Assembly (NCBI GenBank): GCA_965235115.1
Contig: OZ249436.1
Span: 21,888,001 to 21,952,000, forward strand
Length of the DNA: 64,000 nt
Origin: Laetmonice hystrix
Lineage: Eukaryota
Direction of reading: 5' to 3'
Shown here: in pieces, positions 61,839 through 64,000 of the stretch
Layout: each line of letters starts with the position of its first letter
How positions within the stretch are numbered: position 1 is the stretch's first letter
Made by a program: the position numbers and the translations under genes
The notes under the pieces: generated by a model
Told to the model about the DNA's origin: nothing
The model's input: only the letters and a program-made list of their open reading frames with translations
Databases searched by the model: none

Positions 61839-64000
61839 ATGGCGAAGTCGTTCAAAATCACTTCACTGAACTGTAAAGGGTTACAGAATCCTATAAAGTG
61901 TGATCTTTTGGGCAGTTATCTGGCCACTAGATCTTTTGATGTCCTGTTCCTACAAGAGACACATGTGGGTGGGGCAGAGGATCAGGATCGTGTGGAGTCT
62001 GCCTGCGGTGGATCCGGTGTTTTTAGCTTTGGCCAGTCAGATAGTTCCGGAGTGGCGGTGATTTTTAGACGAGGCCTTGAGTATGACATTAAATCGTCTA
62101 GATGCGATGACAGTGGCAGGGTCACTTCAGTAGTGGCGGAAATAAATGGCCAGGTTTTTAATTTTATCAATATATACGCTCCAAATATTGCTGTCCAGAG
62201 GAAAGCTTTTATTTCAGGCTTGGCTGACTTTGTCATGTTTGAAAGAGCTGTAATTTTGGCTGGAGATTTTAACTTTATAGAGGATGTCTTCATGGATAAG
62301 AAAGGTGGGCACCCAAAGAGAGGTCTGGGGGGCAAAGTGGAAATGGAGGCCCTGGCCGGCAGATTTAATTTATTGGATGTCTTCAGACATAAAAACCCGT
62401 CGAGAAAGGAATTCTCCTTTTCTGGGGCAGGAGTAGCCACCAGGCTTGACCGGTTTTATGTTACCAAGGATTTAGTCGAGAATGTTGAGAATGTTGGGTA
62501 TGTTCCCTGTTCGTATTCTGATCATAAGATAGTTGACATGCAGCTATCTTGGAAGAGTATATCTGAGGACTTTCGTCATTCAGGTCTTTGGAAATGTAAT
62601 GTAACGGTTTTAAAGGATATTGATTTTGTGCGAGACATGGAAATGGAGTGGCAGGTTTTAAGCCAGTCCAAAGTCAAAGATATGGTTTGGTGGGAAGACT
62701 GTAAAGTCCGTTTTAAATCTTTAATAATTAAACATTCCAAGCGGTTGGCTCGACAACGTAGACAACATGTTTTGCAGCTTGAGAAGTCGATTCTTTTCTT
62801 TCAAGCATTGGCTGATGGGGGCTTGGAGGATTTGGAAGGTGTAGTAGATGGTCTTAAACTGGACTTGGAGCATTTGTTAGAAGAAAAACTGAAAGGGGCT
62901 AGGATAAGATCTCGTGTTCAACACGTGGAGAATGACGAAAAGCCTTCCCGTTTTTTCCTGAAGCAGGAGAAAATGAATGGAAGCGCGAAGGTTATTTCCG
63001 AACTAGAGGTTGAAGGTCGAGTCATAACTGATAAAATGGACATAGTGGCAGCTTGTCGTAACTTTTATAAATGTCTGTATACGAAGGAAGACATTGATCG
63101 AGAGGTAGCACAGAAATACCTGGATTGTCTTCCTCGGTTGGCCTCTGAAGGTAGAGCAGGGTGCGAGGGGTTTTTAAGTAAGGAGGAAGTATTTTCTTCC
63201 CTAAAGTCCATGAAGGATGGGAAAAGTCCGGGTGAGGACGGCCTCCCCCAGGAATTTTATGTTGGATTTTTTCATCTGTTTGGTGGTGATTTAGTCAATG
63301 TTTTTAATCAAGCCTTTCACGCAGGCGTCTTAGGCGAGTCCCTTAGGACAGGAGTCATTAGATTGATCTGTAAAGATGTAACAAAAAAAGAGAATTTAGG
63401 TTACTGGAGGCCTATTTCTCTTCTTAACACCGATTATAAACTTATTTCAAAGTCCATTTGTAATAGAATGGTCAAGGTTTTGGATGAAATAGTACATGAA
63501 GATCAGACGTGTGCCATTAAGGGAAGGACTATACATGATAGTTTACACTTAATTCGATCTGTCATTGACTATGCCAATGACCATGATATACCGTGTGGGA
63601 TTTTGAGTCTAGATCAGGAAAAGGCCTTTGATAGGGTTTCTCACGAGTTCCTTTTCATGGCTCTACGAAGTTATGGTTTTGGCCCCGATTTGATTAGATG
63701 GGTCCGCCTTTTGTATACGGACATTAGTTCAAGGGTGTTTGTCAATGGTATACTGTCAAATGAGTTTGAAGTCCAACGTTCGGTGAGACAAGGTTGTGGT
63801 CTGTCTCCCCTTTTATATGTTTTAGTTATCGAACCACTTGCAGTCATGATGAGAGCTAACTTCCGTATGGAAGGGCTCAAAATCCCTGGCTCACCAAGGA
63901 CGGTTCAACTTGTGCACTATGCCGACGACATGAACCCAGTTGTTACATCGGAGAGAGCAGTGAGAGTCGCTCTGGAAATTGTTAATGAGTTTGGGCGGGC
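61839..64000 (+). CDS. ORF2 of second copy (APE + RT through YADD), partial at window end
   Basis: ATG GCG AAG TCG at 61839; constant offset to the first copy at 61982 and 63671 (no net indel). Its absence from the ORF track fits a frame with no stop before the window edge. Confidence 0.88.
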   Translation, partial: MAKSFKITSLNCKGLQNPIKCDLLGSYLATRSFDVLFLQETHVGGAEDQDRVESACGGSGVFSFGQSDSSGVAVIFRRGLEYDIKSSRCDDSGRVTSVVAEINGQVFNFINIYAPNIAVQRKAFISGLADFVMFERAVILAGDFNFIEDVFMDKKGGHPKRGLGGKVEMEALAGRFNLLDVFRHKNPSRKEFSFSGAGVATRLDRFYVTKDLVENVENVGYVPCSYSDHKIVDMQLSWKSISEDFRHSGLWKCNVTVLKDIDFVRDMEMEWQVLSQSKVKDMVWWEDCKVRFKSLIIKHSKRLARQRRQHVLQLEKSILFFQALADGGLEDLEGVVDGLKLDLEHLLEEKLKGARIRSRVQHVENDEKPSRFFLKQEKMNGSAKVISELEVEGRVITDKMDIVAACRNFYKCLYTKEDIDREVAQKYLDCLPRLASEGRAGCEGFLSKEEVFSSLKSMKDGKSPGEDGLPQEFYVGFFHLFGGDLVNVFNQAFHAGVLGESLRTGVIRLICKDVTKKENLGYWRPISLLNTDYKLISKSICNRMVKVLDEIVHEDQTCAIKGRTIHDSLHLIRSVIDYANDHDIPCGILSLDQEKAFDRVSHEFLFMALRSYGFGPDLIRWVRLLYTDISSRVFVNGILSNEFEVQRSVRQGCGLSPLLYVLVIEPLAVMMRANFRMEGLKIPGSPRTVQLVHYADDMNPVVTSERAVRVALEIVNEFGR

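Larger units (their letters stand above)
59714..64000 (+). mobile_element. Second long copy of the retrotransposon (5' end complete, runs off window)
   Basis: Begins TTTGGAGAATACGG exactly as at 33001; colinear at offset 26713 with scattered substitutions. Confidence 0.96.

Overview
Eukaryotic (probably metazoan) tandem array of U5 spliceosomal snRNA genes, all on the + strand: 24 intact copies, one interrupted copy and a 15-nt remnant. The array is built from a ~1-kb U5 repeat in two diverged versions (A ~1047 bp, B 976 bp). A ~2.0-kb non-coding DNA-transposon-like insert (imperfect TIRs, subterminal hairpins, 9-bp TSD; the empty site survives between A and B) has been co-amplified with it, giving 4.04/4.02-kb and 3.0-kb units and 14,079-bp and ~12,064-bp higher-order repeats. 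A Tx1/L1-type non-LTR retrotransposon (ORF1 with two CCHC knuckles; ORF2 with APE endonuclease, RT and C-terminal zinc finger) is inserted immediately 3' of the invariant U5 loop 1. One copy is full-length and intact, with a TSD of up to 17 bp (33001-38871). A second locus has a 5'-truncated copy head-to-tail with another long copy at the same U5 target (59138-64000). The 5' UTR of the retrotransposon carries four tandem, covarying H-type pseudoknot motifs. The many short repeated ORFs in the track are judged non-coding. Gene ends were placed by eye and may be off by 1-3 nt.
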